Assembly (NCBI GenBank): GCA_964016885.1
Contig: OZ024740.1
Coordinates: 65,844,001 to 65,908,000, forward strand
Length of the DNA stretch: 64,000 bases
Direction of reading: 5' to 3'
DNA from: Eledone cirrhosa
Lineage: Eukaryota
Shown: piece by piece, positions 1-12,900 of the stretch
How the letters are laid out: every line of letters starts with the position of its first letter
Numbering within the stretch: the stretch's first letter is position 1
The notes under the pieces: model-generated
What the model was told of the DNA's origin: nothing
Seen by the model: only the letters and a program-made list of their open reading frames with translations
The model's database searches: none
Program-made: the position numbers and the translations under genes

Positions 1-112
1 CTTAACACCGTATGGTATAAATTCAGGCTGTTCAGTTTGTTGACAAACGAACAAAGCGGCGTTATAATAAGCGTCCGCTAAACTGATGCGTGCATATATG
101 TATGTGTACCTG

Positions 113-188
<76 letters not shown>

Positions 189-291
189 TATATACATATA
201 TATATGTATATATATATATAGAAAAAGAGATGAAAACGAAAATGCAACTGGAGTCTTATTTTTTTTAAAAATATATATATTTATTTGATTC

Positions 292-327
292 CTTTATCGG
301 TTTCGCAGTTCTTCTGCTTTTCAAAAG
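292..327 (-). ncRNA. Minimal type I hammerhead ribozyme, U3-A8 core variant, in PLE pLTR
   Basis: Minus strand reads CUU-UUGAAAA-GCAG aagaa CUGC-GAAA-CCGA-UA-AAG. Stem III differs by one base from the CCGG palindrome of the sister copy. Confidence 0.65.
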
Positions 328-850
328 TAGAGTTGAGATGGAGGGTCTCTAGTTTTTCTCACATCTGGCTGGTCTATGAATGTTACTTGTTTTATATGGG
401 AAGAGTGGCTCAAAATGCCAGGTTTTTCGAGAAGTAATTTGATTGGTTGGTCAATAATTATAATAAATTTCACGCCAGTTCGCGTTACAATAGTTCTTCA
501 AATAAGATTGGGGGTTGTCACAGGTTGTTTCTTTCATATATGAGTGTTTGAATTTCTTTTTACTTGAAAAAAGGGGCTCACGAAGGCTTTCTTTTTATTG
601 GTTATAAATGAAATTATGGACTGTCACGTGAACAAGTTTTCATTAAATTTTCGCGACCTGATTTGGAAATCCATTCTGTAGCCTTTTTAGAGAATTTTAT
701 GATAAGTGAAAGATAATGGTCAAGAGAAATGGGATGGGAGAATTGTTCTGGTTCAGTAAATAGGGTTAGTTCGCTGGGGTGTCAGGATTCAGATTTTCTA
801 TTGAATAAAACAAGTAAAGATACGTGTGTTTATTTGTGTGCTTGTGTGCG

Positions 851-914
<64 letters not shown>

Positions 915-1461
915 GTGTGTGTGTATGTTTGAATTTCTTTTTACTCAAAAAAAAAGGGTGGCTCACGCAGGCTTTTTTTTAATAAACGTGATTTGATTGG
1001 TTATAAATGAAATTTGGCTGTCACGTGAACAAGTTTTCATTAAATTTTCGCGCCCTTATTTGGAAATCTATTCTGTAGCCTTTATAGAGAATGTTATGAC
1101 AAGGAAAAGATAGTGGTCAAGAGAAATGGGATGGGAGAATTGTTCTGGTTCAGTGAATATGGTTAGTCCGCTGGGGTGTCAGGATTCAGATTATCTATTG
1201 AATAAAGAAAGTAAAGATATGTATATATTATTTGTGTGCTTGTGTGTGTGTGCGTGTGTGTGTGTGTGTTGTGTGTGTGTGTTTGAATTTATTTTTACTT
1301 TGAAAAAAAGGGTGGCTCACGAAGGCTTTTTTTTAATAAACGTGATTTGATTGGTTATAAATGAAAATCGGCTGTCACGTGAACAAGTTTTCATTAAATT
1401 TTCTATTGAAGTAAAGATATGTATGTTTAGTCGTGTGCTTGTGTGTGTGTATGTGTGTGTG

Positions 1462-1517
<56 letters not shown>

Positions 1518-1986
1518 TATTGGAAGATGATTCTATTAGTAGAAATGGGGGAGGGAGTTGTGTGTGTGTGTATAGGTGTGTTATGTGTGTGTGTGCGAGT
1601 ATGTTAAGATGGAGAGAATATATATTTTGTGCGTATGTATATATGTGTGTAGGAAAGTGGTTCTATTAGTAGAAATGGGGGAGGGAGTTGTGGTTGTGGG
1701 TGTCGTTATGTGTGTGTATGGGTGTTATGTGTGTGGGAGTATGGTTAGCATGTTAAGATGAAGAGAATATATATATATATTGTGTGTTTGTGTGTGTGTA
1801 GGAAAATGATTCCTTTAGTAGGAATATTTTTGAATTAACATATTTTCCTTACTTATTCGTATTTGTTCTGTTGTATTGTCAGTGCAAACGTATGTTAAGG
1901 TTTATTTAGTTCGGGGGTTTTTTTCTAAAGTAGAAGGTGTTATGTGTGTGTGTGTATGTCATATTATGGTGTTGACATAATGTATA

Positions 1987-4725
1987 TTAAACCATATTTA
2001 ATGCTGGTCTATATTTTTGAATAAACATATTTTCCTTATTTATTCGTATTTGTTCTGTTGTATTGTTAGCGCAAAGGTAACATGGGAAGACTTGGTATTT
2101 GGGTGTCTTATTACTTGCGCAAATGTCTAGATATGCACCTAGTGGTATCTGTCTCGTGGTTGGCTCTCGTAATTGTTGACGATGAACTGTCATTCTGTTT
2201 CTGAGTGTGAGTTTAGTTTGTCCTATATAATTTTCATAGCATCCTTTACATTTAATGGCATGGATTAGATTTTTTGATGAGCAAGTGAAGTGATTTTTTA
2301 CAGTAAAATTTTGTCCTGATTTAAATGTATACGTGTTGTCTTCAATGAGGTGAGTGCAGGTTCCACAATTAGAGCGACCACATTTTTTGATACTTGGTTG
2401 TGGGTTTGTGGTAGGTAATTTGGCATTGGTGAGTAATGTTTTCAGTGATTTTGGTTGTCTTTTGCTTTTGATTATTTTGTGTGTTTCAATGGCTTTTTTT
2501 CATTCTTGGGTTTTGTTTTAGTAGTGGGATGTTCTTGTGAATAATGTTGTAAGCTTCCGCATTTCTTGGGTTGTGTGTTGAGATATATGATAGAATATTG
2601 GACGTATCTTGAATTTGTTTCTGTTTCCGTAATTAATCAATGCCTATTGCTTTAGCCCTTTCTATTCCATTATTTATTAGTAATAGTGGGTACTCTCTCT
2701 CGAGTAGAATTTCCTTCAATTCTTGAAGTCTTTTATTTCGCGTTTAATAATTGGAGACAATTGTGCAAATTCTTCTTGCTAGGTTAAAAGGAATGTTCGT
2801 CTTCGTGTGCTTTGGATGGTTGGAGGTGAATAGCAGATATTGTTTGGAATATTTTGGTTTATAGTGTATGTCAGTTTCGATATTTGTGTCTTTTTTAGAG
2901 ATTAAGATGTCCAGAAATGGGAGTTGAACTTGGCTGTATTCCATTGTGAATTGGATGTGGTTATTGATGCCGTTTATTAAGTTTTTGAAATCCTTCAGTT
3001 GGTCGAATGTGTGGGACCAAAGAATGAGACAATCATCCAAGTAGCGTTTCCAATTATCTAATAAATATTTGTGGAAGTTCAATCCGTATTTTGATTTGGA
3101 CTGTTCATATATCTGGACTTCTAAGTATGCCATGACTAAGTTGGCATAAGTTGGAGCGGCTTTTGTACCCATCGCAGTCCCCGATATTTGCTTGTAAGTA
3201 TTGCCATCGAAATCAAAAAAGTTGTTCTGTAAGATGAATTTTAATCCATCGGTGATGAAGCTTTTTTCTATTCTGTCAGGTATCTCATTGGGATATTTCT
3301 CTAGCCAGAATCCTATTGCTTCTAGTCGGTATTGGTGTGGGATCATTGTGTAGAGATTCACTACATCGGAAGACACAATAATAGTGTCGTTGTTGACATG
3401 TTTGGGGAGGTGGTTTAAGAGGTCCAGATCGTCTCTTACAAGGCTTCGTATGTGTTTGAGAATTTGTTTCATTATTATGTCTATAAAGTTGCTCAGTCTG
3501 TGTGTTTCAAATTGTGGGCCCGCTACAATTGGTCTTTATTTAAGGTCTGTGGGGTATTGTGTGTTCACGCAGGCTGAGGTAGATTGTTTACAGGCATCGT
3601 TGAATATTTTACACGTGTGGATCCTCGGAAGTCCGTAAAGGTTGCTGGTTTTGTATTCAAAATTTGTTAAATAATCGCGTTCTTTTTTAGTTAGGTCTTC
3701 CTGGTATCGATAAATCAGTGTGTTTAATCTGGTCATTATTTTTGATTGCTGGTAGTTTTTTACTCTTTCATAGTAATTAGTATTTTGTAAGAGAGAGAAC
3801 ATAGAATTTTTATATTTTTCAGCCTCCATAATGACAACAGTACTTCCCTTGTCCGCTTCCTTAATTATAATGTCCGTATTGTTTTTTAGTTCATGGATAA
3901 TCTCTCATTCTCTTCGACTCGTGTTGGGTTTGGGTTTAGGTTGCGGTAGTTCATGGTATGGGAAGGTAGCTATGAGGTCACAAAATTTGTCCAGAACTCT
4001 GTTTCTACCTTTTGTTGGGTTGTAGCTGCTTTTATTCCGTACAATTGATTCGTCGTTATTCTCCTTGTCAAATAATTCCTCTGTGAGACGTAATTTTCTA
4101 CAGAAGTGTGATATATCGTCATTTATCTCATTGGGGTTAGAGTATTGTGGTGTTGGTGTGAATTTCAGTCCTTTGGAGAGAATTTTTACTTGTTGGGCTG
4201 AGAGGTTTGTATTTGAAAGGTTGATTATTTTCGGATTTTCAAAATCGGTTTGTGCCACCGGGTGTCGTGAGTCCTGTAGCCTTGGTCTAAAAAATGATTT
4301 TTCTGGAATGTTTTTTCAATGGTATTATTATATCTAATGGTATTTCCCCTGTTGATGTGTGGTCTTGTATAGAAGTTTCGGACGTATTGAGGTTCGGTTT
4401 GTTGATAGTGCGGGTTGTAGATTTTGTTCCTTTGTGTGGGTTGGGATCTACGGTTTTGGAACAGGCTCTGTGTGGGCAGGGCTCTACGGTTTTGGAATAG
4501 GTTTTGTGTGGGTTGTGATCTGTGGATCAGGTCCTGCATTGTGTTCGGGGATCTTTGGATTTTGTTAGTAGAGTTATAGTTTTGTCTATCGTTTCTGGGA
4601 TTATCGTTATAGTTTTGCTGGGGGTATGTTGGACGTTTTGTTACTTTTTTTGTTATTTGTTGTGCATGTGGTGTGTGAGTTTTAGTTCGTTTTAAAAATG
4701 GGTTACCACACACACACACACACAA
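1987..4725 (-). pseudogene. Disrupted PLE polyprotein (reverse transcriptase + Cys-rich linker + GIY-YIG endonuclease)
   Basis: ORF pieces give LSKGLKFTPTP, DVVNLYT, QISGTAMGTKAAPTYANL, WKRYLDD and LPFLD...SNHP. My translation at ~2400-2190 gives CGRSNCGTC and NLIHAIKCKGCYENYIGQT...RMTVH. Frameshifts and stops separate the pieces. Confidence 0.88.
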
Positions 4726-5022
4726 GCACTCAAATAAACATACATATCTTTACTTCAATAGAAAATCTGAACTCTGACACACCAGCGAACTAACCATATC
4801 CACTGAACCAGAACAATGGTCCCATTCCATTTCTCTTGACCACTATCTTTTCCTTGTCATAACATTCTCTATAAAGGCTACAGAATATATTTCCAAATAA
4901 GGGCGCGAAAATGAAATGAAAACTTGTTCACGTGACAGCCAAATTTCATTTATAACCAATCAAATCACGTTTATTAAAAAAAACCTTCGTGAGCCACCCT
5001 TTTTTAAAAGTAAAAATAAATT

Positions 5023-5077
<55 letters not shown>

Positions 5078-5588
5078 GCACACAAATAAACATACATATC
5101 TTTACTTCCTTTATTCAATAGAACATCTGAACCCTGACACCCCAGCGAACTAACCATATTCACTGAACCAGAACAATTCTCCCATCCCATTTCTCTTGAC
5201 CATTATCTTTCACTTATCATAAAATTCTCTAAAAAGGCTACAGAATGGATTTCCAAATAAGGGCGCGAAAATTTAATGAAAACTTGTTCACGTGACAGCC
5301 ATAATTTCATTTATAACCAGTCACAAAAAAGCCTTCGTGAGCCCCTTTATTCAAGTAAAAAGAAATTCAAACACTCATATATGAAAAAACAACCTGTGAC
5401 AAACACCCTCTTATTTGAAGAACTATTGTAACGCGAACTGGCGCGAAATTTATTATAATTATTGACCAACCAATCAAAGTACTTCTTGAAAAACCTGGCA
5501 TTTCGAGCCACTTTTTCCATATAAAACAAGTAACATTCAGAGACCAACCATATGTGAGAAAAACCACAGACCCTCCATCTCAACTCTA

Positions 5589-5624
5589 CTTTTGAAAAGC
5601 AGAAGAACTACGAAACCGGTAAAG
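5589..5624 (+). ncRNA. Minimal type I hammerhead ribozyme, U3-A8 core variant, in inverted pLTR copy
   Basis: CUU-UUGAAAA-GCAG aagaa CUAC-GAAA-CCGG-UA-AAG, with palindromic stem III and one mismatch in stem II. Confidence 0.65.
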
Positions 5625-5763
5625 GAACCAAATAAATATATATATTTAAAAAAAAAAAAAAAATAAGACTCCAGTTGCATTTTCGATTTCATCTCTTTTT
5701 CTTTATACTTTCACTCGTGTAGGACAGCTCGGTTATTTTTCATTTTGTAAAAAAAAACCTCAC

Positions 5764-5853
<90 letters not shown>

Positions 5854-5875
5854 GTATATATATTAGAAAATGAGG

Positions 5876-5916
<41 letters not shown>

Positions 5917-6021
5917 TTCCTGCTATATCAAGCGTTAACCTAATATGTGCCTTCCGTATACTGTACCAATTATGTTGTTGTTTCTGTTTACCTTTTACAC
6001 AGACACACACACACATACACA

Positions 6022-6107
<86 letters not shown>

Positions 6108-6179
6108 CATTATGAAGAGAGAAGAAACATTTAGATATAATTAGTAATAAAATGTATCATACCGAAACTGCTCCTAGAT

Positions 6180-6269
6180 TCCTCGACTACGTAGTTTCGT
6201 GGCATAAACAAAAACAATACATCATAAAGATATAGAGTCCTTGCGAGGTCTGCCGACTTATCAAGAGGA
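6180..6269 (-). ncRNA. Type I hammerhead ribozyme (family A, U3-A8 core)
   Basis: Minus strand reads UCCUC-UUGAUAA-GU(C)GGCA...UGCCAC-GAAA-CUACGUAG-UC-GAGGA. Predicted GUC cleavage lies between 6185 and 6184. Confidence 0.82.
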
Positions 6270-6771
6270 TATCTCATTTTACTAGCTTCAAGAACGCGTC
6301 TACACGACGTGAGCAAGAATCCCAAAAGGCGGAGGGGGAGATAGTCACGCGATATAACGGTCGAGAAACAGAGCTAATCCTCTTATAACCCCGAAGAAAA
6401 TACCACGGAGGCGGAGGGGGTATTTATATCGAAGCCGTAGAAGAGGTGATGAAGGAGGCGAGAAGTATGAGTAATGGCAGCTTTCCAGCAGTCACCACAC
6501 TTCAAAGATTACTCGACCAGAGGGAGTTATGAACAATATATTCGAAACACACAGATACATGCGGACACACACATATACATGAATGCATCCACACCCAACC
6601 GTGAGTTAATGGTGCCAACCTTACCGATGTTGCTCAATGAATGACTGGGACAGACCAATCCGGTTGAATTAGACTGAACCAGTATCAGAGTTAAAAATAC
6701 ATTATGAAGAGAGAAGAAACATTTAGATATAATTAGTAATAAAATGTATCATACCTAAACTGCTCCTAGAT

Positions 6772-6861
6772 TCCTTGACTACGTAGTTTCGTGGCATAAA
6801 CAAAAACAATACATCATAAAGGTATAGAGTCCTTGCGAGGTCTGCCGACTTATCAAGAGGA
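6772..6861 (-). ncRNA. Type I hammerhead ribozyme (family A, second unit)
   Basis: Same motif, but the 3' strand of stem I is AAGGA, giving a mismatch next to the cleavage site. Confidence 0.7.
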
Positions 6862-7077
6862 TACCTCATTTTACTAGCTTCAAGAACGCGTCTACACGAC
6901 GTGAGAAAGAATCCCAAAATGCGGAGGGGGAGATAGTCACGCGATATAACGGTCGAGAAACAGAGCTAATCCTCTTATAACCCCGAAGAAAATACCACGG
7001 AGATGCAGTATGGTTTTTATATATTTGATATATATATTATCCTTATCGAGCTCTCTTCGTTTTTTAGTTCTCACATT

Positions 7078-7779
7078 TATTATTATTATTATTATTGTTC
7101 TTTGACTCTCAGTCATTGATGTTATTTAAATGGAAGGTTTGTTGAAATGAATATCAAGCCGCTACCTGCAGCCTCAGACATTCAGGACGTGTCGGGGGGT
7201 TCTTGCTCTTCGCAGCAAGCATGCCTTTTGAAGTGTTCCAAAAAACCGGGGCTGGGCTAAACTTCTTTAACCATCCTTGGAAACTCTTTGAGATAGTACC
7301 TAGTGCGCCTATCACAATCGGGACGACCTTGATTTCATGGCAGTTCCAAATCTTTTGAACTCCCACTTTAATTTCTGGTACCGCTTAATTTTCTCCCTCT
7401 CCTTTTCTTGCACTCTCGTGTCAAATGGGCAGGCTACATCTACAAACAGGCTCAATCTATTTTCCTTATCCAAAACCACCAGGTCAGGCCTATTGTGTTC
7501 TAATTTCTTGTCCGTCTGTATCCTAAATTCCCATATCACCTTCACCTGATCGTTTACTATCACCGACACTGGTTTATGCTCATACCATTTCTCAGAATGT
7601 GGTAAATTGTTTACTTTACATAGGTGCCAACTGATCACCCTACCCATCACATCATGTCTCCAGCCTTTATAGTGAGTCTGGGCTAGGTGTTTACACTCGG
7701 ATACAATGTGAGCCATAGTCTCCTATCTCTCTCTCCGCAGATCCTACGCAGTGAGCTAGCCTCCTCCTTGTCAATATGT
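7078..7779 (-). mobile_element. 5'-truncated R4/Dong LINE copy (diverged relative of the 9971-13363 element)
   Basis: ORF pieces HIVSEC...RHD...RPDLVVLDK...DVACP; (TAA)n tail. Confidence 0.88.
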
Positions 7780-7789
7780 TATTATTATT

Positions 7790-8300
7790 ATCATTTTTAT
7801 TTCATTTTATTATTGTTTTTGAGATATATGCCGAGTGTCTTCCTGACACCTAGGGCAAATAAATTCACAGCGTTCATTGGTAAACCAGTTAATACAGCAT
7901 TATAATATAATAAAAAATATTAAAAAAAGTATACATATATACACATGTGCATATGCATATGTAAACACAAGGAGGGATATCAATCTTATAGTGCTCTTCT
8001 CAATACGTGTGCAGTACCAGTCAAAACAATGTTTTGCACCTCGTGCAGAGAGAGCAAACCAGGAAACATTCGCAAATATTGTTCTGTTCCTTTCTTGATC
8101 ATACCCAGTCCTCCCACAATCACTGGTATTGTAACGGCCTTGAGGTGCCACATTTTCTCAATTTCAATAAGCAGATCTTCATATTTTCGAAGCTTGTCAA
8201 ATTCTTTTGCCGCGATATTGTGATCACATAGGATGCTCATATCTATCAATAAACAGACTTTTTTATGTTGGCCTTTTATAATGATGTCAGGTCTATTTGC
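7790..8300 (-). mobile_element. 5'-truncated R4/Dong LINE 3' fragment, second family
   Basis: IDMSI..D.NIAAKEFDKLRKYEDL...IPVIVGGLG...GTAHVLRRAL is an RLE C-terminus; bounded by ATT repeats. Confidence 0.8.
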
Positions 8301-8301
8301 T

Positions 8302-9868
8302 TATTATTATAATTATTATTATTATTGTTATTGTTATTCCTTGAATCTCAGTCATTGATGTTGGTTAACTGGAAAGTCCGTTGGATTGAATATCAAGCCA
8401 CTACCTGCAGCCTCAGATATTCAGGACGTATCGGAGGGTTCTTGCTGTTCCAAGCAAGCATGCCTTTTGAAGCGTTCCAAAAAGCGTGAAGGGGCCGATT
8501 TTCTTTAACCATCCCTGGAAACCTTTGGAGATAGTCCCCAGTGCGCCTATGACAATCGGGATCACTTTGACTTCATGGCAGTTCCAAATCCTTTTCACCT
8601 CCCACTTTAGGTCCTGGTATCGGTTAATTTTCTCCCTCTCCTTCTCTTGCACTCTCGTGTCGAACGGGCAGGCCACATCCACAATCAGGCACGATCTTTT
8701 TTCTTTGTCCACAACCACCAGGTCAGGTCTATTGTGTTCCAGTTTTTTGTCCGTCTGTATCCTAAAATCCCACAGCACCTTCACCTGACTGTTCTCCATC
8801 ACCGCCTCTGGCCTATGCTCATACCATTTCTCAGAATGTGGTAGATTGTTTACTTTGCACAGGTGCCAGTGGATCACCCTGCCCATCACATCGTGTCTCC
8901 AGCCCTTATAGTGGGTCTGGGCTAGGTGTTTACACTCGGACACAATGTGAGCCACAGTCTCCTCTCTCTCTCCACAGATCCTGCACAGTGGGCTAGCCTC
9001 CTCCTTGTAGATATGGTGCTTCAACCACTTCGTTTTGAGGGCCTGCTCCTGCGCAGCCATTAGCATTCCTTCTGTAGACTTTTTGAGGTCTCCTCTTCTC
9101 AACCAGTTCCATGTCTGTGGATCTCTAAATTCAGTTTTCTCAAAGAAGGTACTATGAAGGGATTTTCCCTTAAGGCTGCTCTTCCTCCTTGATGTTATTT
9201 CCTCCTTGGATATCCCCTGGCCTACTGTCCCCTCCTTCAGTACAGCTCTGAGCATTGGCTCCTTACTATAGGTCACGTATTTGTATAGGTTGTTTTTCTC
9301 CATCTGAACACAGTCCTCTATGCTGATAAGACCTCTTCCACCCTCAGATCTCCTTAGGTAGAGTCTATCGACATCTCTCCTCTTGTGGAACATGTTGTAG
9401 ATAGTCAATATCTTCCTAGTCTTCCTATCCATTTCTTTTTGTTCAGCAACATTCCATCTCAGAATTCCCGCACTGTACCTAATAATAGACACAGCTCGGG
9501 AATTTACTGCGCTTATGGCATTTCTGCTGTTCAGATGTGACTTCAATACGCTCCTTACTCTCCGAATGTATTCAGTTCTTAACAATTCCTTCATTTTTTT
9601 TGTTCTTTATGCCATCAGCCTCCAGAACGCCCAAATACTTGTATCCTTCCTCAGAGTCAATTTCCTTTATCATCTCACCTGTTGGTATCTGGATCCCGTT
9701 ACTTCTGCTCAACCTACCCCTCTTCATCACAATGACTCCACATTTACCAATACCAAACTGCATACATATATCACTGCTGAAAATACGGACAGTGTCAACA
9801 AGCACATCCAACTCCTTCTCACTTTTCCCGAAGAGCTTAAGATCGTCCATGAAGAGGAGGTGATTGAT
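8302..9868 (-). mobile_element. 5'-truncated R4/Dong LINE copy, nearly identical to the adjacent full-ORF copy
   Basis: The 393-aa ORF 8413-9594 matches the C-terminus of the 1130-aa ORF with only a few substitutions. There is a 1-nt frameshift in a T-run near 9600, and the copy is truncated at INHLLFMDD. Confidence 0.93.
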
Positions 9869-9970
9869 TATTATTATTATTATTGTTATTGTTATTCCTT
9901 GAATCTCAGTCATTGATGTTGGTTAACTGGAAAGTCCGTTGGATTGAATATCAAGCCACTACCTGCAGCC

Positions 9971-12900
9971 TCAGATATTCAGGACGTATCGGAGGGTTCT
10001 TGCCGTTCCAAGCAAGCATGCCTTTTGAAGCGTTCCAAAAAGCGTGAAGGGGCCGATTTTCTTTAACCATCCCTGGAAACCTTTGGAGATAGTCCCCAGT
10101 GCGCCTATGACAATCGGGATCACTTTGACTTCATGGCAGTTCCAAATCCTTTTCACCTCCCACTTTAGGTCCTGGTATCGGTTAATTTTCTCCCTCTCCT
10201 TCTCTTGCACTCTCGTGTCGAACGGGCAGGCCACATCCACAATCAGGCACGATCTTTTTTCTTTGTCCACAACCACCAGGTCAGGTCTATTGTGTTCCAG
10301 TTTTTTGTCCGTCTGTATCCTAAAATCCCACAGCACCTTCACCTGACTGTTCTCCATCACCGCCTCTGGCCTATGCTCATACCATTTCTCAGAATGTGGT
10401 AGATTGTTTACTTTGCACAGGTGCCAGTGGATCACCCTGCCCATCACATCGTGTCTCCAGCCCTTATAGTGGGTCTGGGCTAGGTGTTTACACTCGGACA
10501 CAATGTGAGCCACAGTCTCCTCTCTCTCTCCACAGATCCTGCACAGTGGGCTAGCCTCCTCCTTGTAGATATGGTGCTTCAACCACTTCGTTTTGAGGGC
10601 CTGCTCCTGCGCAGCCATTAGCATTCCTTCTGTAGCCTTTTTGAGGTCTCCTCTTCTCAACCAGTTCCATGTCTGTGGATCTCTAAATTCAGTTTTCTCA
10701 AAGAAGGTACTATGAAGGGATTTTCCCTTAAGGCTGCTCTTCCTCCTTGATGTTATTTCCTCCTTGGGTATCCCCTGGCCCACTGTCCCCTCCTTCAGTA
10801 CAGCTCTGAGCATTGGCTCCTTACTATAGGTCACGTATTTGTATAGGTTGTTTTTCTCCATCTGAACACAGTCCTCTATGCTGATAAGACCTCTTCCACC
10901 CTCAGATCTCCTTAGGTAGAGTCTATCGACATCACTCCTCTTGTGGAACATGTTGTAGATAGTCAATAGCTTCCTAGTCTTCCTATCCATTTCTTTTTGT
11001 TCAGCAACATTCCATCTCAGAATTCCCGCACTGTACCTAATAATAGACACAGCTCGGGAATTTACTGCGCTTATGGCATTTCTGCTGTTCAGATGTGACT
11101 TCAATACGCTCCTTACTCTCCGAATGTATTCAGTACTTAACAATTCCTTCATTTTTTTGTTCTTTATGCCATCAGCCTCCAGAACGCCCAAATACTTGTA
11201 TCCTTCCTCAGAGTCAATTTCCTTTATCATCTCACCTGTTGGTATCTGGATCCCGTTACTTCTGCTCAACCTACCCCTCCTCATCACAATGACTCCACAT
11301 TTACCAATACCAAACTGCATACATATATCACTGCTGAAAATACGGACAGTGTCAACAAGCACATCCAACTCCTTCTCACTTTTCCCGAAGAGCTTAAGAT
11401 CGTCCATGAAGAGGAGGTGATTGATGGTAAGCTCTCCCCTTCCCAACTTGTATCCTGCTCTCACTTTTCGCAGCATAATGGTCAAGGGCATCAGGGCAAG
11501 GACAAACAACAGAGGGGACAGGCTATCTCCCTGGAAGATACCTCTCTTGATCTTCACGCTTCCCAAGGATACTCCAGTTGATGTCAACTCTGTCTCCCAG
11601 GACCCCATACTCCTGCCCAGCAACTGTCTGATGTTATCTGCCACCCTGAAGATCTCCAGGCTTTTGGTGATCCAGGAATGAGGCACCATGTCAAATGCCT
11701 TTCTGTAGTCTATCCATCCCATGGCAAGATCAGTGTGTCTCCTCCTGCAATTCCCCATTACCATCTTATCAATAAGCAACTGGTCCTTTGTACCACGTGA
11801 CTTCTTTCGGCATCCTTTCTGTTCGTCCGGCAACAAGTTGTTTGTGTGGAGGTGATGGTAGATTTCCTCAGACACAATGCTCGTCAACAGTTTCCACATT
11901 ACGGGCAGACATGTGATAGGTCTATAGTTGGTAACATCATTACCCTTGATTCGGTCTTTCATTATCAGAACTGTGGTACCTTTTGTCAACCACTCTGGCA
12001 CCTCACCCGACACCAAGCAGTCATTGAACATGGCCGTCAGCTTCGGGTGGAGGGATGTTAAATGTTTAATCCAATACCCCTGCACACCATCTGGGCCTGG
12101 TGATTTCCAGTTGGTTAGTTTTTTGGCTTGCCCCTTAAGAGTTTCAACTGTGATACTCAAATCAGTCTGTTGCTGTGCCTGCTCACCGATCTCCCTCTGT
12201 ACTGTCTCAATCCACCCTGCCTGGGCATTGTGTCTAACATCCTGCTCCCATATTCCTCTCCAGAATGTTTTAGCTTGTTCCGCCCCAGGGATCAAGTCGG
12301 TGCCTCTTTCTTTCCCCTCAAGCTGTCCAAACAGCATCTTCTGGTTGTTGTCGAACATGCGGTTCTGTTTATACTGACTGACTCTGTTCTCGTATCGCCT
12401 GATTTTGGCACTCTTTGCTACAATGCGTTGCTTCAATTCCTCTATGATAATATTTAGCTTTTTACTCCTAGTTTTGTATTTTATTTCCAGTCTATTTTTA
12501 GTGCCTATGTTTTTTAGTGTCCCATTCAGTAGTGACTCAAGCTTTCCTATGTCATTTCTCATTTCCCCGATTTGCCCACTCAGTCGCTTCTTCCACCACG
12601 GCTCTGCTCTTTCTTGTCTGTTGTTTCCTCTCGCTTTTATACCAAGTAGTTTCCTCACCGTATTTGCTGTTGCTTTGAGGATATTGTTGCACTGGTGAAG
12701 ACTCCTCGCCTCAAGGTATGGGATGACTTTGTTTACCTTAGCTGTTGTTTCTTTTAACTTTTTCCTGTCTACAAATCTTAGGTTCATAGGTCTCCCACTA
12801 TCATTGTTCAACTCATCTACCACTAAATTTAGGATGTCAACCGAATCTTGTCCTAGCCCGTCAGCATTCATCTCCTCAGTGGCCGTATCTCTGTTCCAGG

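Larger units (their letters stand above)
221..5700 (-). mobile_element. Penelope-like element (Neptune-like) with 3' pseudo-LTR (221-~1430) and an inverted pLTR copy at the 5' side (~4709-5700)
   Basis: Minus-strand RT and GIY-YIG fragments. 221-~1300 is the reverse complement of ~4709-5700. (TA)n tracts lie on both outer sides. The pLTR contains ~380 bp sub-repeats starting near 550, 931 and 1286. Confidence 0.9.
6107..7002 (-). mobile_element. Hammerhead-containing tandem repeat family A (592 bp unit, ~1.5 units); candidate non-LTR retrozyme
   Basis: The direct repeat has a 592 bp period (GAC of the cleavage triplet at 6185 and 6777), one HHR per unit, and abuts (TA)n at 6107. The same family occurs at 39911-41200. 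Confidence 0.8.

Noticed and set aside
6131-6325. 64-aa ORF conserved in all four family A units
   Set aside because: It starts at TTG, overlaps the ribozyme and spans its cleavage site, and has no recognisable motif. Conservation is explained by recent copying, although translation from a circular RNA is not formally excluded.
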